A stretch of 64,000 nt of DNA from Lingula anatina (Eukaryota; Animalia; Brachiopoda). The notes under the pieces are model-generated. The model did not search any database and was not told where the DNA came from. It saw nothing but the letters and a program-made list of their open reading frames with translations. Position numbers and translations under genes: made by a program. Positions 25,613 through 40,700 of the stretch are shown here, piece after piece; within the stretch, counting starts at the first letter, position 1; each line of letters opens with the position of its first letter. The stretch covers positions 19,406,001 to 19,470,000 of the forward strand of contig CM120640.1 of assembly GCA_051362555.1 (NCBI GenBank), written 5' to 3'.

Positions 25613-26801
25613 ATGGCTAAAAGAATGTGTTCAGCAGTTAGGGCTGGATTTCTTCGATGTAAAACGGTATATGTTATATACTGGCATTTGATGTTGTTTT
25701 TTTGCATAGATTATGGAACTTAATGGTGTGTTTTACTGTTATTGTGATAACGTAAACATTTAAGGCTGCAGTACGTTACAGTACGGCAGTACTGTAGTTG
25801 AAGGTCAAGACTAAAGCACTGTGTTGGAACACACTTTTGTCATTTCAGGCTTATTTGTATTTCATGTATTGCTTGAGTAGAGTACATATACCCTTACATC
25901 CATGTATATTTGTATTCTTCCTGTAATGTAGGCAAAACCAACATTCTCAAACATACGTCTCATGTCATCGGAGTCCGACCAGCCAAACATCATACATCCC
26001 ATGATGGAGATTCCTCCCATACCACCTTATCCAGAGAAACTGAATGAGCCAGTAGAAGAAAGGAGGGCACGGTTACTCTATCAAAGTAGGAAAAGGGGGA
26101 TGTCAGAGAATGGGCTTTTACTTAGGTGAGTCCACAAAATAACTGCATGGCTTTAAGTAGCAACTTTCACATGAATAAACTCTAGGAATAGGCTTAGCTT
26201 TGAGTTCAGGAAAGAGCAGTTGAATGTAATCATTTCCTTTTAGGTTGTTTGAAGGAACTTGAAAAAAGAGAGAGAAGTGGTCATATTATGGTTTTTTCAT
26301 CCTTATTTTCAGTACCTTTGCCTCCAAATATCTAAATGGTTTTGATGAAAGGCAACTAAAAATGTATGACCACCTCATTAACCAACCAGATAATGACTGG
26401 GATATTTATTACTGGATAACAGGTAAATATTAAAATATTTAATTCTTATATCTTATAATATTACATATTGAAAACAATGTTAATTCTCCCCCTAGTGAAA
26501 AAGTCAAAACAGGTGAAATATTTTACTAAAAGCGTTCAAATAAGTTTGTTAGTTGAAGTAAAATGAACATACTTTTAGGGTCAGAAATTAAGTCTTTGAA
26601 GTACATTATCATGAAAATTGTTAAATTAATAGACTAAGTTTTTGCTAAGTATTTCATGTTATAAAGTTGTCACACATATTACTTTTTTCAGGTGTTGAAC
26701 CCACACCACCAGAATATGAAAATGAAATTATGGACTTGCTGAAGGAACACACAAAAAATGACAACAGGGAAGAAAGACTGAGACAGCCTGATTTACCATG
26801 A
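25613..26801 (+). CDS. SDHAF2: Succinate dehydrogenase assembly factor 2, mitochondrial
   Basis: Exons 25613-25666, 25932-26125, 26313-26422, 26692-26801. Basic presequence [17 protein letters not shown]; [24 protein letters not shown] (RGxxE motif); [17 protein letters not shown]; C-terminal RLRQPDLP*. Confidence 0.96.
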
Positions 26802-28765
26802 GGGAAAGAAGCTCTTCGTTTTGTTATGATCATTTTGTACTAAGTATGGTGTGCATTGGAGCCAAGATATTGCACAGCTGTTTACTTGAATAATTTATCC
26901 TTGGGAAGTTATTTGGGGTTCGGATATATACACTGTGCAGCATATTAGCATGATGCTTGTTTTTTCAAGGAACAACATTACTGTTGTACAGCAGTTGTTA
27001 CTATTATTAAGAAAAACATAATTTTTTAAAGTAACAGCATCATTATTTCAAACAAGGTGGATTTTGTGTGGTTGGTGCATATAGCTTTGTATGCAGTTTG
27101 CACTTCACAAATTTACCACAAGTTTAACCCAGAATACATCAAGAGAAAAACATGTGGAATGTAACTGTGAAGGCTGCATCTACATTGACATGTTTATGGG
27201 TTTTTCTAGCCTTGAGGTCCGTCAAGTAATACATTTTGGTTTCATATTTGCATCAAAAACACGGGCAAATAGCATCAGCCCACTGTCCAGTTGCTCTGAA
27301 CACAGCTGTATGGCCACCAAATTTCAAAGCAATACAACATCCTTGATTACAAATTTTGTAATTATAATATTTAATATTGAAAGAGCAGTGGCACCCAGGT
27401 GAACTATTACTATATAGTATGTTACATGGATTTACATGTAGTATATTCTGATTGACCCCCCCCCCCCCAAAAAAAAAGGGATGGATGGATGTCTTCAGTG
27501 GACTGCATTTTTATTATGCCTGTTCGTTTAGTATAAATGTGGCATTGATGAGTGAGTAGGAAGTGACAGTTTTATTTATTTAATAAAATTTCTCATGCTT
27601 CTATTCTGTTGTATTAATTTCATCACAAAAAGAACTACATTAACTGTAAATGTAAATTTTATTACACCAGACAAAGGAATGTCTACTACATAAATAGCAC
27701 TACTTTTAATTATAAATAATTCATTACATTCTTAACAAAAAAAGCTGCAGCTATCATGAGATAAATGGATAAATTTTAAAGCAAATTATGCTATAGAAAT
27801 TTGCCTCTAGAAATAAAATACAAGAAAACAGACTTGTAGGTAACAACAGAATTTAAGTACATGCAAAAGCAAGTCACAGGCAGTTTCAATTTGATTTCAG
27901 TGTGTAAGCTGCTGGCATAAAATTTAGTTTGAGGAGTTTCTTTTCAAACCCAAATGGAAATGTTAAAAAATTTCACCTAATTCTCTCGAGGAAAGATAAG
28001 ATTTAACAAATGTAAGGTTATCCATTCTAATTTAAGACAAGATTGTAAGAGAAATATTGACTGCTTTAACCATTTTCTGAATACAGGTGTACTATTGTTA
28101 AAATGTACAGCATGATATTAAAGCAGAATTTTACAACAGAAATTTACTGGCTTCACCAGTATATCTATTAACATTACAAACAAAGAAGAAATATTATGAG
28201 AACTAGTATATTGTGCTTGGTTAAAGCTGAGGGATGATAGCAACTCTTTAAAGAATACAATATACGAATGAATCCTAAAATTCAATATCCAGTTACGACA
28301 ACAACAAAGAAGTGGCCACTGGGTTCTTAATTACATATAAATGTTTAGTTTGGTGTAATTGTAACACCCCTGTACAATGTTCCAAGGATCTTGAAACTGC
28401 AATTTACTCATCTTAACTATGATAACAGAAAGATACCAAATCTTACATCTGTTATCCAGAAGTGGATGTTAAAAATTCCATAATGACCCTTCTTCTTACA
28501 ATGGTAGGCAAAAGAAACTATTTTTTTGCTTGTTTCTTGGATACCAGTTTCTAGAGTGGTTTATAGGAGAGATCAGTCATGTCCATGAAGAAAACAAGAA
28601 CAGCGACAATCTCAATTTCCATGATTAAATCTGACATGAAGTCAGTTTCTTTCAAATGGTGCATTTTTCTTTTTTCTGACAAAATAAATGTGAAGTCTCA
28701 AAGTATTACTTCGATGTAACACACTACTTTATTCTCTCTGCATATTCTTTTCACCATCATGTTTT

Positions 28766-31700
28766 CTAGTCAGAATCGGAATCATCATTGTGCCCCTGTG
28801 CAGCCTCCAGTCCTGCTGTCAACTCTAGAACATGCTCGATGGGCTGTGGTCTACCATCCTCACCAATACGACTGGGCTGTATCACTCCATCCCTGATGTA
28901 AAAACCAAAATGTTAACTTATAAGTATCAACTTTGCTAGGACTTCAATAAATGGTTTAATAATCTGTTTTCTTTCTCTCAGGCTTGAAAATGAGACATCT
29001 AGAAGCAAAAGAGACTTAGACCCCATTCCCAGAGATTAGATCGATCCAACTAGATTAACCTAACTCCCTGGGGGTTCACGCTAAATAGCTGTCAGTCGAG
29101 CGGGCACGAAAGTTAATTACCCCCTTACAGGTTGTAGTAGGCGGGACGGACATTTAAACTGGATTATCTGAAAGTAATCTAGTGAGACTTCCTAAGTGGA
29201 TAGATCGATCTAAAATCTATGGGAATGCACCCTTAAATAAGAAAGAATTATCATTTAGCTTGGGTTTTATATAACAGAAACAAGGCAGCAAAGCTGTCAA
29301 ATGTACAGACAAAAAAAACAGAAAATAAAGATGCAAATAAGTGAAAAATTAAATTTTCACAAAAAACTGTTAAATTGCCAGAAAAATTTACCAAACAGAC
29401 TGCGTTGCCTATTGAAGCTGTATGTTAGACCCATGTTTCTTTCCTGTAAGTTTGAGAACAGTAAGTGACATGATTTCCCTTAAATGGTCATCATAGGAGC
29501 AGTGCACAAAATAGGGGTTTCTTCAAATTTTGATGCAACATTACATAATGTTTAACAGCATAATGACAATCAAATGTTATTAATAAAATATTAGTAACAT
29601 GGACATTCAGAAAATGTGACAAGCAAAAGTCTTCAGGATCATGGAACTTCAAAGTCACACCTTGAAAATGCCAAAATGTGAAAAATCAAATTTTCACAAA
29701 AAACTGTTTAACTGCCAAAATAAAAAAAAAATTCAAAAAATACAAAAAATACAAAACAGACTGCATTGCCTACTGAACCTGTATTTTAGTCCCATGTTTC
29801 TTTCCTGTAAGTTTGAGAACAGTAAGTGACATGATTTTCCTTAAATGGTCATCATGGAAGCAGTGCCCAAAATAGGGGCTTCTTCAAATTTTGATGCAAT
29901 ATTACATAATGTTTAACAGCTTAATGACCATCAATTTTTAATTATAAAATATTAGTATCACGGATATTCAGAAAATGTGACTAGCAAAGGTCTTCAGGCC
30001 CATGGAACTTCAAAGTCACACCTTGAAAATGCCAAAATGTAAACAAGACAGAACTGTTCTGAAATGGGTTTATTTCCATTTTTAACACTTTTTTAACATA
30101 AAACAAAATAAACATTTTACTGCCATTGTTATATGACCAACTAAGAAAATTGATGAGATGGGAAAAGTATCAATAGAACAGTGTTAAATGTCCAATTTCC
30201 TCCATTCTGAGATTCTGAACATAGTGGATGATTGAATCTGACAAACTGCAATGATATGAGTTTATTTCCATTTTTGACACTTTATTACACAATACATGAT
30301 AACAAGTTTACCATGTTTTTTACATAATCAACTAACAATGTTGTAAAGATGCAGGAAATATCAAACAAACACTTTAAGGCATCTTATTAGTTAAATAATG
30401 GGACTGTTAACATGCCTAATAATTGAATCTGAAAAAAAAGTATAACTTCTAAAATAATGGCCCGATTATGCTGATTTTCGAACTCAACCTGCATTTTAGT
30501 AAGATTGACCACTCCAGTGAGTATAATTACAATTGGCCAATCCGTTTTTCTTATATTGTGTTATCAGTGTTGCATTTATATTGAAAATAGTGAAAAAACA
30601 GCATAAATTCCCTAAAAATGGCCCAATCATGCTGATTTTCGAACTTGACCTGCGTATTATGAATATTCATCAGTTCTGTAAGTTTCAAGTCAAAAGGTAA
30701 AATGGTTTTCCACTTATCGTGTTATCGGTGCTGCATATATGCTGAAAAAAGTGAAAAAACAGCATAAATTCCCTAAAAGTGACCCGATCATGCTGATTTT
30801 CGAACTTGACCTGCGTATTATGAATATTCATCAGTTCTGCAAGTTTCAAGTCAAAAGGTAAAATGGTTTTCCACTTATCGTGTTATCGGTAAAAGTGCAC
30901 GGCGACGACGACAGACGCAGATGATGGCTATATGTACAGACACATCTGTGTCTGTACATAACAAAAAGGCATACTGTTCTCTTGAGACATCGATTGAAAT
31001 ATTTTTCAGCTCTTTATCCAGATATGACTGCTTCATCAAGTTTAAAAACACTAAAAAATGTGCTTTTCGAGAATTAACAGAAAATAAGAGAAATGCAAAT
31101 AAAAGCATGTGTCATTGTGTCTGAACATTAAAAATATGAGTGACTTATAATAAAACAACTGAAAACAACAAATAAATAGCATTAATTTACCGTGTTAATT
31201 TCTCCATGAGGTTTGCCAGCTTTACTGCTTCATATTCTTTTTGTTCCTCAGTCATTCCTTCCATTGGGTTGGGCCTTGGCATCTCCCACCTCCCGGTCAC
31301 TGGATTGACTCTGTAAACAAGTAGCAAATTGACTTTTAAAAAGAACATAAAAAATTTTCTAAACTTTTCAAATATATTAAATAAACATTTTAATTGTTTT
31401 AATTGAATATTGACTTCAGCAAAGAGCTAGTGTGAATATTATCATGAAATGATGATAAACATGAATCCAATTTATTTCAAGTGTTGAAATTGCCACCTAT
31501 GGCCAAGATTTAACGAAACTTAAGTTTGCATAGGACAGGATTTATTTCTGATTTTACAAATTAGAAACAAAACATTAATGAACTAATCCAAATGGTTCCA
31601 ATGAGCCTTAGTACAAATTCTAATATCGTGTTTACCCCCAACCACACTTGTTCTGTAACCTAACTTTGGTGTTGAAAGGTATAGATTGACTTATATATAC

Positions 31701-34700
31701 GTTTTAATTCTATGTACTGTATACAAAATGGTATCTGATTACATGAGCTCTTTAACAATCAGATCCATGCTACACAAAATGTGTTCTCAGATTGTTAGTG
31801 TTACTTTTTTACTTGAATGAAATCTTGAGGGCTGAGACTCAACAAATATTTCTTCAACCCAAAATTTATAATATTATTAGTCATAATATTTCTTCTAACA
31901 ACATCATCAGAATGATTCAGTGAGGTTGCTTTTTTTTCATTAAGTCATGGTCTCACTCACTGAGCATAAAATGAGATGCAATTGGAAGTGATTTGTTGAT
32001 TACTTTTACTTGTTACAGTATGCACTCACTGATCTCTTAGCCTAGAATACTCCTCTGTGTCAGAGTCACTGGATTCTGAGTACTCCCCACTTCCTCTGCC
32101 TCCCAACATTAGGCCACGGTTCGCCAGCAAACCAGCTGCATTGCCATACCCAGTGTATTTCACCATCCGGCCAACTGAAAAGGTTTTTATTTTTTCAGTG
32201 AGTAATTTCAAAATCTGCGCATTCATTTATGTTGGAAGATGATTCTTTGTTGATAAGCATGCCATAGGAAATTATATCAGTAAGAAGAAATCGCCAAGCA
32301 TGATGAGTCAACTTTTCATTCAAAGCACTTGATTTAATTAAGAAAAACTTCAAACATACTTTTTCACCAAATCTGCATATAAAATCTTGTCAAAAATTAA
32401 TGTGCATATACTTCACAGTATTACCCAATCATCTCTCTCTTCATAAAAATATCAGCAACTGTTCCAAAATTACCAACAGGAAAAATTCTATAGTATTGAA
32501 TGGCTTTTATATGAAAACACAACATACTTATTGCCTAATAACAGCACCACCTACTGTACGGAACATGACAGTAACTGGTGATTGCCAACCCATACCTTTT
32601 TCCTTGCAGAGTACAAACAAAAAGTCTGCAGCCAACTCTTTTATTTCTGTGATAGGCGATGTTAGCAGACGACACAATCTAAAATAAAAAATGTTTAAAT
32701 GTATGTGTGAGTAGACACAGTTGACATAAGACTGGGATAAGCTATGTGACATATATAAACAAATCTTAATTGCAGTCAACCGTATAAAAAGCTACAAATT
32801 TTTGTCCTGTTTTATTTAGTGTAGAATCCATTAAATGTGGTTTTCTTGGAGAAATTCTATGATTAATAACAATTATCAATAATAAATTTTGCTTCAATTA
32901 GTTCAAATAAGTCTTGGTCTAAAATAGTGTAGGTCCACATATAAAGATATACATTAGGAGAGAAGTCTGCACTGAGACTGATTCGATGCACCTAATAATT
33001 CTTATATCCAAAACATTAGGTATGCATAACCAGCTGATGTACATTATCTAGTGGGAAATTTGTTAACTCCAAGGGGACTGATTATTGATTTACTTTAACC
33101 TTTGGCTTTGAAATACGCATGAAAAGAGAGGTTTTAGCATGCTTTCAAAAACCCATACATACTGGATATCCTCCCAGTTCACAGAGAGGGAAAGAGCTAA
33201 GATTCTGTTCACACACAAGTCAGAAAAGTAAAGTGTAGTAGGTCTAAATGACAGACTCTGTTTTGCTTGTCTTAAGCACAGATAATCAGCTGTATGTGAT
33301 GCTATATGTTCTTACAGTAACATATTCCAAAAAATTAATTCTTTATGAAAACCTGATATTTGATTACAAGCATTACTGCACACTTCATGTTCAGTCCATT
33401 GCAATCTAGTGTAAACACAACCTTTTTCTCTCCACCAGCCACAACACAATAAACAACCTACTTGTTTCTTAAGGTATCTCCTTCTCCTGGCAAATGTTTT
33501 ACTTCATCTTTTAAATATGGTAGCACCTTGAGGCGGCAAAACTTGCGAATCACAGGTTTTGCGCGGCAGATCTCACACATGCAGTGGAGAATGGGAGTGA
33601 GGCTCTCTTTGATATTCTTGTGAGACTGCTGGAAAGAATTGTGCTGTTAATACAAAGAATACTGTAAAGATTAAAAAATGCTGTACATTTACTATTAGAG
33701 GTGTGAGGAACCAGTGAATTTTTTCAATTATGTTCAAAAGATTTTCAGACTTAATGAAAAAGAATGCTTGTTTTGCAAAGCGTAGCATTTCTTTACCAGG
33801 TATTACATAAGGCAAAAACAGAACACTACACCTACTTGCTATCCTAAGAAAGCACTTTTGCTCATAAGAAAAAAAAAAAAAAAAAAAAAAAAAAAACAGA
33901 TTTTTACTTACCCTTTCTAATCGTCTGTCCAAGAATTGTAGTAAGGAGACCACAGCATCCACATTATTCCCATCATACTCCAGCTTGTTATCTTCTGCTC
34001 CTCCAGAGGCAGCAGCAGACGATCCCTCATTGATTGGAGTGAGCAATTCCTCATAGCTGGCACGTGGCATGTTGGTCAGGAGATTTACCGTGTGGCTACA
34101 ATATCAGAAGAGAAAAGTCCCATTTTTTGGTCAATAATGTTTTCCATCTTCAGATGTAGGGGACCATATGAAATGTAATTTTATACATGATTTAAACAGT
34201 ACAATTTTTTAAAAGGATCCAAAAAAAGGTGAAAGGCCTTGCATAATGTTATACCAGATATCACTAAAAAATAATGATTAAAAAAGAACAGACAGCCAAA
34301 TGAACACTGAATTATTTAGTGTCAATCCCCATTAATTCAGGAAGATATGTGGCAAGTCAAAAAAAATATGCAAATGTTCCACTCTCTGAAATGCACAAAC
34401 CTGACAAGCTCTTCGCCTTTTTCTGGGGTGACAGTTTTACAAACCAGGAGGTCATGAAGCAGACTGACTAATCTCAGACAATGTGCCTCTTCTTCCTAAA
34501 AGATCAGATTCAAATCAACGGATTTCAAGTAATGTAGTTGTAACTGATGTTCAGGTGTTTGTAGGATTAAATGATGCAATCAATCAAACAACAACTAACT
34601 ATCTGATCAATGAACTGTTATTATGAATTACATAATACACATTTCTGAACATCATTCACGAGACATGCTTACAGTATCTCAATCTGTGATCTAAATATCA

Positions 34701-37700
34701 AATTCAACAAAATTGACTTAGACTTATATCATTCTGGTTACACTTACTTCATCTATATTAAATCTATCCATAGATACTGTCAGGTTAAAGAGTATTTTGA
34801 GAACTTCACAACAGAGGTCCACATCGGCATCAGACATGGGCAGACCTTGTTCAGCTGAATCCTTGAGACAGAGATCAAGCACCTCTATCAGATATGTTAA
34901 GCCATGCAGTTCTGTGCGGAGTTTTGGTCTGAAAGATAATAAAATGGGCAGATACAAGACTTTCATAACCCTGTGAACGTTATAAATACATAAGTCGCAT
35001 ACATGTACATATGAAGTTCTTTTAATAAAAGCAAAGATCTTATGGGAAGCTGCCTTGCAGCAATTGCAATAAAGTTAGATTTCCTCTGCTTGTTTGGAGA
35101 TTTTTTTTTACTGCATCATATATACACCAAGCTGATGAGCCTATCCATAAATAAGAAGAAACATAAGTATTTTGTTTTGTGTTAAAAGAGTAACAGCAAC
35201 ATGAAAGTGGCTGTAATCTATATTGTAATGTCCATACTTTACTCCACAGAATTTTTAATAACATATTTAGGGGGGAAAAAAGAGGAAGAAAAACCAGACA
35301 GACAATTGTGAACAAGTATGAAGGCTTTTAAATTCATATTAAGTGCCTTTTGATGTGTGATAACCTGAGTGAATCAAAGAAAAAATGCCATGCCTACCCA
35401 ATGGATATAGGAAGCTTACAATATGAAAGGATATCTGTCAAGATCTAGCATCTTAATTGAAAAGTGATCTACACGCTAGAAAGGTCAAGTTAATTGTCCA
35501 ACTTGCACATTAATCCACTAGTCCACAGTAATCCATGAAGTGTATATAATGGTGGAGAGTGTGAACAGTTGGAGGTATTTAAATTTGAACTCATGTGCCT
35601 ACAATGTCATCATATTATTATGCTTCAATCAGATTTTGCAGTTAAATGATATAGCTGCTTGCAGTAATCCAACTGAAACCTGTGCTGCTCAAGAAAATCA
35701 GGTTATGTCTGCTTTAAAGGTTGTCCAAAGGAGACTTAGGTCATTCACTCACAGTCATGTATTTTAAAATCAAGATATATTTGCACATCAGGAGAAAAAA
35801 CTAACTATTAGCAAATTATGACTCAGGAGAGGCTTGTAGCCAATAATTTCAAAGGAGTGGTTCTTTTTCTTAAATAATGGACCCATATAATGCGAAACCT
35901 AGATGTTCCTTTCAAAGTACATAAAATCTAGATCAAATTTTAATTCAGAATGAACCAATTTCCGATGAAAAGGGTGCTTTGCGTGAGTGCCCCACCCCCC
36001 ATCCCTGGCTCTGACTACAAGCATGGAGAATCTAGGGAAGTGTTCATACTGCACTTGGAGAGTGGAATTTGTATTGGTTTAAATGATGCAGCATTGCTAC
36101 TTATAATCAAGCCAGTCTGTGCACAGCATCTTGTCTAGTGGATAAATTCCTGGGCTCTTGAGTCACATTGGTGGTAACAAGTGCACCTCAAAACTAAGTT
36201 AAAAGTAGTCAAAAAGCTTTAGATGAAACCACTGGCATATGCCCAATTCAGATTCACTTTTCCTAACCCTCATGTAAACACAGCCTGGGAGTATTTCCTG
36301 AACCAATCTCACAGCGCAGCACAAACTAGTTGTGCATGAACAGTTAATAAGTAGTCATCTGAGTCCTATCTGTCAAACGGAGGCCTCAGACGAGATCAAT
36401 AGGTTAGACTTCATAATGTGAATGGTCCATCTTCAAGCTTGAGTGGACTAGAGCCAGATAGTCCAGTGGGAATGGAAATAAATTCTGATATCTAGAATCA
36501 ATGTGGGCAGTGCAGATATATACTATGACAATGCTTGGTCAACTGTAATATAAGATCTAATTTCATCTGTGTAGCAGTTTGTCTTACCAATGCTCACAAT
36601 ACGGAGTTTTTGCATCAAAAGATCATTCACTTTGGTTGAAGAAAAAACATAAATCGTTTTAAACTAATTTATAATTTGACTGATGAAAAGTAGGTGACTT
36701 TGCTTGAGCAAATATATACTATTACAAACCAAGCCATGGCAAAGAGGATAAATGCCAAAGACTGAATGTGTAAAAATAATTTAATCACTCATTGACAAGA
36801 AATGGTTTTGTAAGCAAGTTCTTCTTAATGAATCTGTATTATAACAAGGCAGCAAAGCTGTCAAATGTACAGACAAAAACACAAAATAAAAATGCAGAAA
36901 ATGGTTCATTTTGTCAATTTTGATGCCTACAATAGCACTGTCAATCAACGCTGAAATTTAATCATGCACAACAGGTGACATCGTCAATAACAGGAGCTGA
37001 TCCAGAGATATTTTCTGACAGTATTCCAAATTATCTTTGTTGATCCATCCTACATTTTTGATGGTCTTCCAACAGAAAAAAGAGATGCCCATCAATGTGA
37101 ACTTTAAAATCTGAAAGACCCAGAAGATGGCCTCAATCCAACCCTGCAATAAGATTACAGTTTCAGGACCAAATTCACATAATGAAAATCCCAATATCTA
37201 AATAATGATGACAGTGCATAAAATAATATTACATAATGTTTAAAGACATAAAAACCAATGCAACTGCTTATGTGGAAATACAGAAAATGTGAAGAGCTTC
37301 AGGTGGATGGGAGCTGAAAATGCCAGTGTTTGAAAAAAAAAAATTAAAAAGAAAACACAAAAATATCCCATTAAAGCTGCTATTCAAACTTTTAATCTTG
37401 CTGTAATAACATGATATGAATAACCCCAATGTGTTTGAGGATAATAAGACACTGTTATTCATCTATTTTTTTGTTTTGTTTTGTTAACTTATTTGCAATA
37501 TTAAACAACATTTACCTGCATAATTATCATAGATTCCTAATTATGTGACACAGTTAAGAGAGCTTAACCTATGGGACTTTACTGGGAAGTCTCAGCGTGT
37601 GTTTTATGTAATCTTATTTAATGGGCACTTGGAAATCAATTAGGCAAATGATTTTATAGCTCTGAATTTAGCTTGTGACTATCCCAAGGGGCAATTACCA

Positions 37701-40700
37701 CCATCCATACACAGTAGCCCCATATAGCACTCTATAGAGCTACATTGCTTCCAAAACAGAAAACAATCACACTGATTTTCCAACACAAACTGCACATCAG
37801 TCTTACGAAACTTTTCAGTAAGTTTGAGTATCATAAGTAACATGGTTTTTCCTTAATGGTCATTCCGGCAGCCATTTCCAAAATTAGGGTTTTCTTCAAC
37901 TTTTATGCAATATAACATAATGACCATTAATTTTTAATAATAAAATAAAAGTATCATGGATTTACAGAAAATGTGACATGGAAATGTCTTCAAGGCCATG
38001 GAAGTTCAGAGACACACTTTCAAAATGCTAAAATGTAAACAAAAGATAACTGTATTGAATTGATTTTCTTTCCATTTTCAACATTTTTTTTTTCATATAA
38101 CAAAATAATCAATTTACTGTCATTTTTAAATGAACAACTAAGAAAATTGCTGTCATAGGAAAAATATCAATAGAACAATTTTAAATGTCCATTTTGCTCC
38201 ATTCTGAGATTCTGAACATGGTGAATGATTGAATCTGACAAACTGTAAAGATATGAGTTTATTATAATTTCCATTTTTGACACTTTGTTATATAATACAC
38301 AATAACAGGTTAACCATCTTTTTTATATAATCAACTAACAATATTGTTAAGATGCAGAAAATGTCAAAAGAACACCTTTACATATTTAATTAGTTCACAG
38401 AGGAGATTCTTAACATGCCTAAGAATTAAATCAAAGGAAAAAAAAACACTTATATACAAAAAAAGGCATAACTTCACCAAAACTGAACCATTTTCAAACT
38501 CCATCTGTATTTCAGTAAGACTGATCTCCCCTGTAAATTTCAAGACAATTGGCCAATTGATTTTTCTTGAAATGCGTTAGCGGTATTGCATACATGCTGA
38601 AAAAAGTGAAAAAAACAGCATAACTTCCATAAAATTGGTCCGATCACGCTGATTTTCAAACTTTGCCTATGTAATATGAATATTCATCAGTTCTGTAAGT
38701 TTCAAGCCAAAAGGTAAAACAGTTTTTCACTTATCGTGTATCAGTGTTGCATATATGCTAAAAAATGAAAAAATAGCATAACTTCCATAAAAATGACCCG
38801 ATAAAGCTGATTTTCAAACTTGACCTGCATATTATAAATATTCATCAGTTCTGTAAGTTTCAAGCCAAAAGGTAAAATGGTTTTCCACTTATCGTGTTAT
38901 CGGTGCTGCATATGCTGAAAAAAGTGAAAAAACAGCATAAATTCCCTAAAAATGACCCAATCATGCTGATTTTCGAACTTGACCTGCGTATTATGAATAT
39001 TCATCAGTTCTGTAAGTTTCAAGCCAAAAGGTTAAATGGTTTTCCACTTATCGTGTTATCGGATCTGCATATATGCTGAAAAAAGTGAAAAAACAGCATT
39101 AATTCCCTAAAAATGACCCAATCATGCTGATTTTCGAACTTGACCTGCGTATTAAGAATTTTCATCAGTTCTGTAAGTTTCAAGCCAAAGGGTAAAATGG
39201 TTTTCCACTTATTGTGTTATCGGTGCTGCATATATGCTGAAAAAGTGAAAAAACAAGTAATTTTTTAAAAAATGGCCAGATCATGCTGATTTTCGAACTT
39301 GACCTGCATATTATGAATATTTATCAGTTCTGTAGGTTTAAAGCTACAAGGCAGCAATTGTTGATTATTATTATTGTCCTCTTTGGCCCACTTCTGACAG
39401 TTCCTGAAAATTTCAGCAAAATCGGTACATAACTTTTTGAGTTATGTTGATGACAGACAAACAGGGGTGAAAATATAACCTCCTTGGCAGAGGTAAATAT
39501 AATTCCAAAGAAACTGCTATTCAAACTTTTAATCTTTGAGTTTGATATATATATATATACACAATCATAAGTAACACGGTTTTCCCATAATGGTCATCAT
39601 GGCAGCAGCACCAAAAATTGTGTTTTCTTCTATTTTGATGCAACATTACATAATGCTTAACAGCAAAATGACCATCAATTTTTAATAATAAAATATACAT
39701 GTCATGGATTTTCAGAAAATGTGACTAGTATGGGTCTTCAAGCCTGTGGAGGTTCTAAGTTGCACCTTGAAATTGCCAATAAGTGAAAAATTAAATTTTC
39801 ACAAAAAACTGCCAGAGAAATTTACCAAACAGCATGCATTGCCTACTGAGGCTGTATGTTAGACCCATGTTTCTTTCTTGTAAGTTTGAGAACAGCAAGT
39901 GACATGTTTTCCCTTAAATGGTCATCATAGGAGCAGTGCCCTAAATAGGGGTTTCTTCAAATTTTGATGCAACGTTACATAATGTTTAACAGCATAATAA
40001 CCATCAAATGTTATTAATAAAATATTAGTAACATGGACATTCAGAAAACATGACAAGCAAAGGTCTTCAGGCCCATGGAACTTCAAAGTCACATCTTGAA
40101 AATGCCAAAATGTAAACAAGACAGCACTGTCCTGAAATGGGTTTATTTCCATTTTTAACACTTTTTTAACATAAAACAAAATAAACATTTTACTGCCATT
40201 TTTATATGACCAACTAAGAAAATTGATGAGATGGGAAAAGTATCAATAGAACAGTGTTAAATGTCCAATTTCCTCCATTCTGAGATTCTGAACATAGTGG
40301 ATGATTGAATCTGACAAACTGCAATGATATGAGTTTATTTTCATTTTTGACACTTTATTACACAATACATGATAACAAGTTTACCATGTTTTTTTACATA
40401 ATCAACTAACAATGTTGTAAAGATGTAGGAAATATCAAACAAACACTTTTACGCATCTAATTAGTTCAATAATGAGACTGTTAACATGCCTAATAATTGA
40501 ATCTGAGGAAATGTGAAAAAACAGTATAAGTTCTAAAATAATGGCCCGATTATGCTGATTTTTGAACTCAACCTGCGTTTTAGTAAGATTGACCACTCCT
40601 GTGAATATAATGCCAATTGGCCAATCCATTTTTCTTATATTGTGTTATCAGTGTTGCATTTATATTGAAAAGTGAAAAAACAGCATAAATTCCCTAAAAA

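Noticed and set aside
35152-35185. Hammerhead ribozyme core CTGATGAG...GAAAC
   Set aside because: Stem II does not pair properly and stems I/III are not evident.
35950-36560. Nested + strand gene in a RIC8 intron
   Set aside because: All three + frames hit stops quickly and no consistent exon chain or recognisable domain was found.
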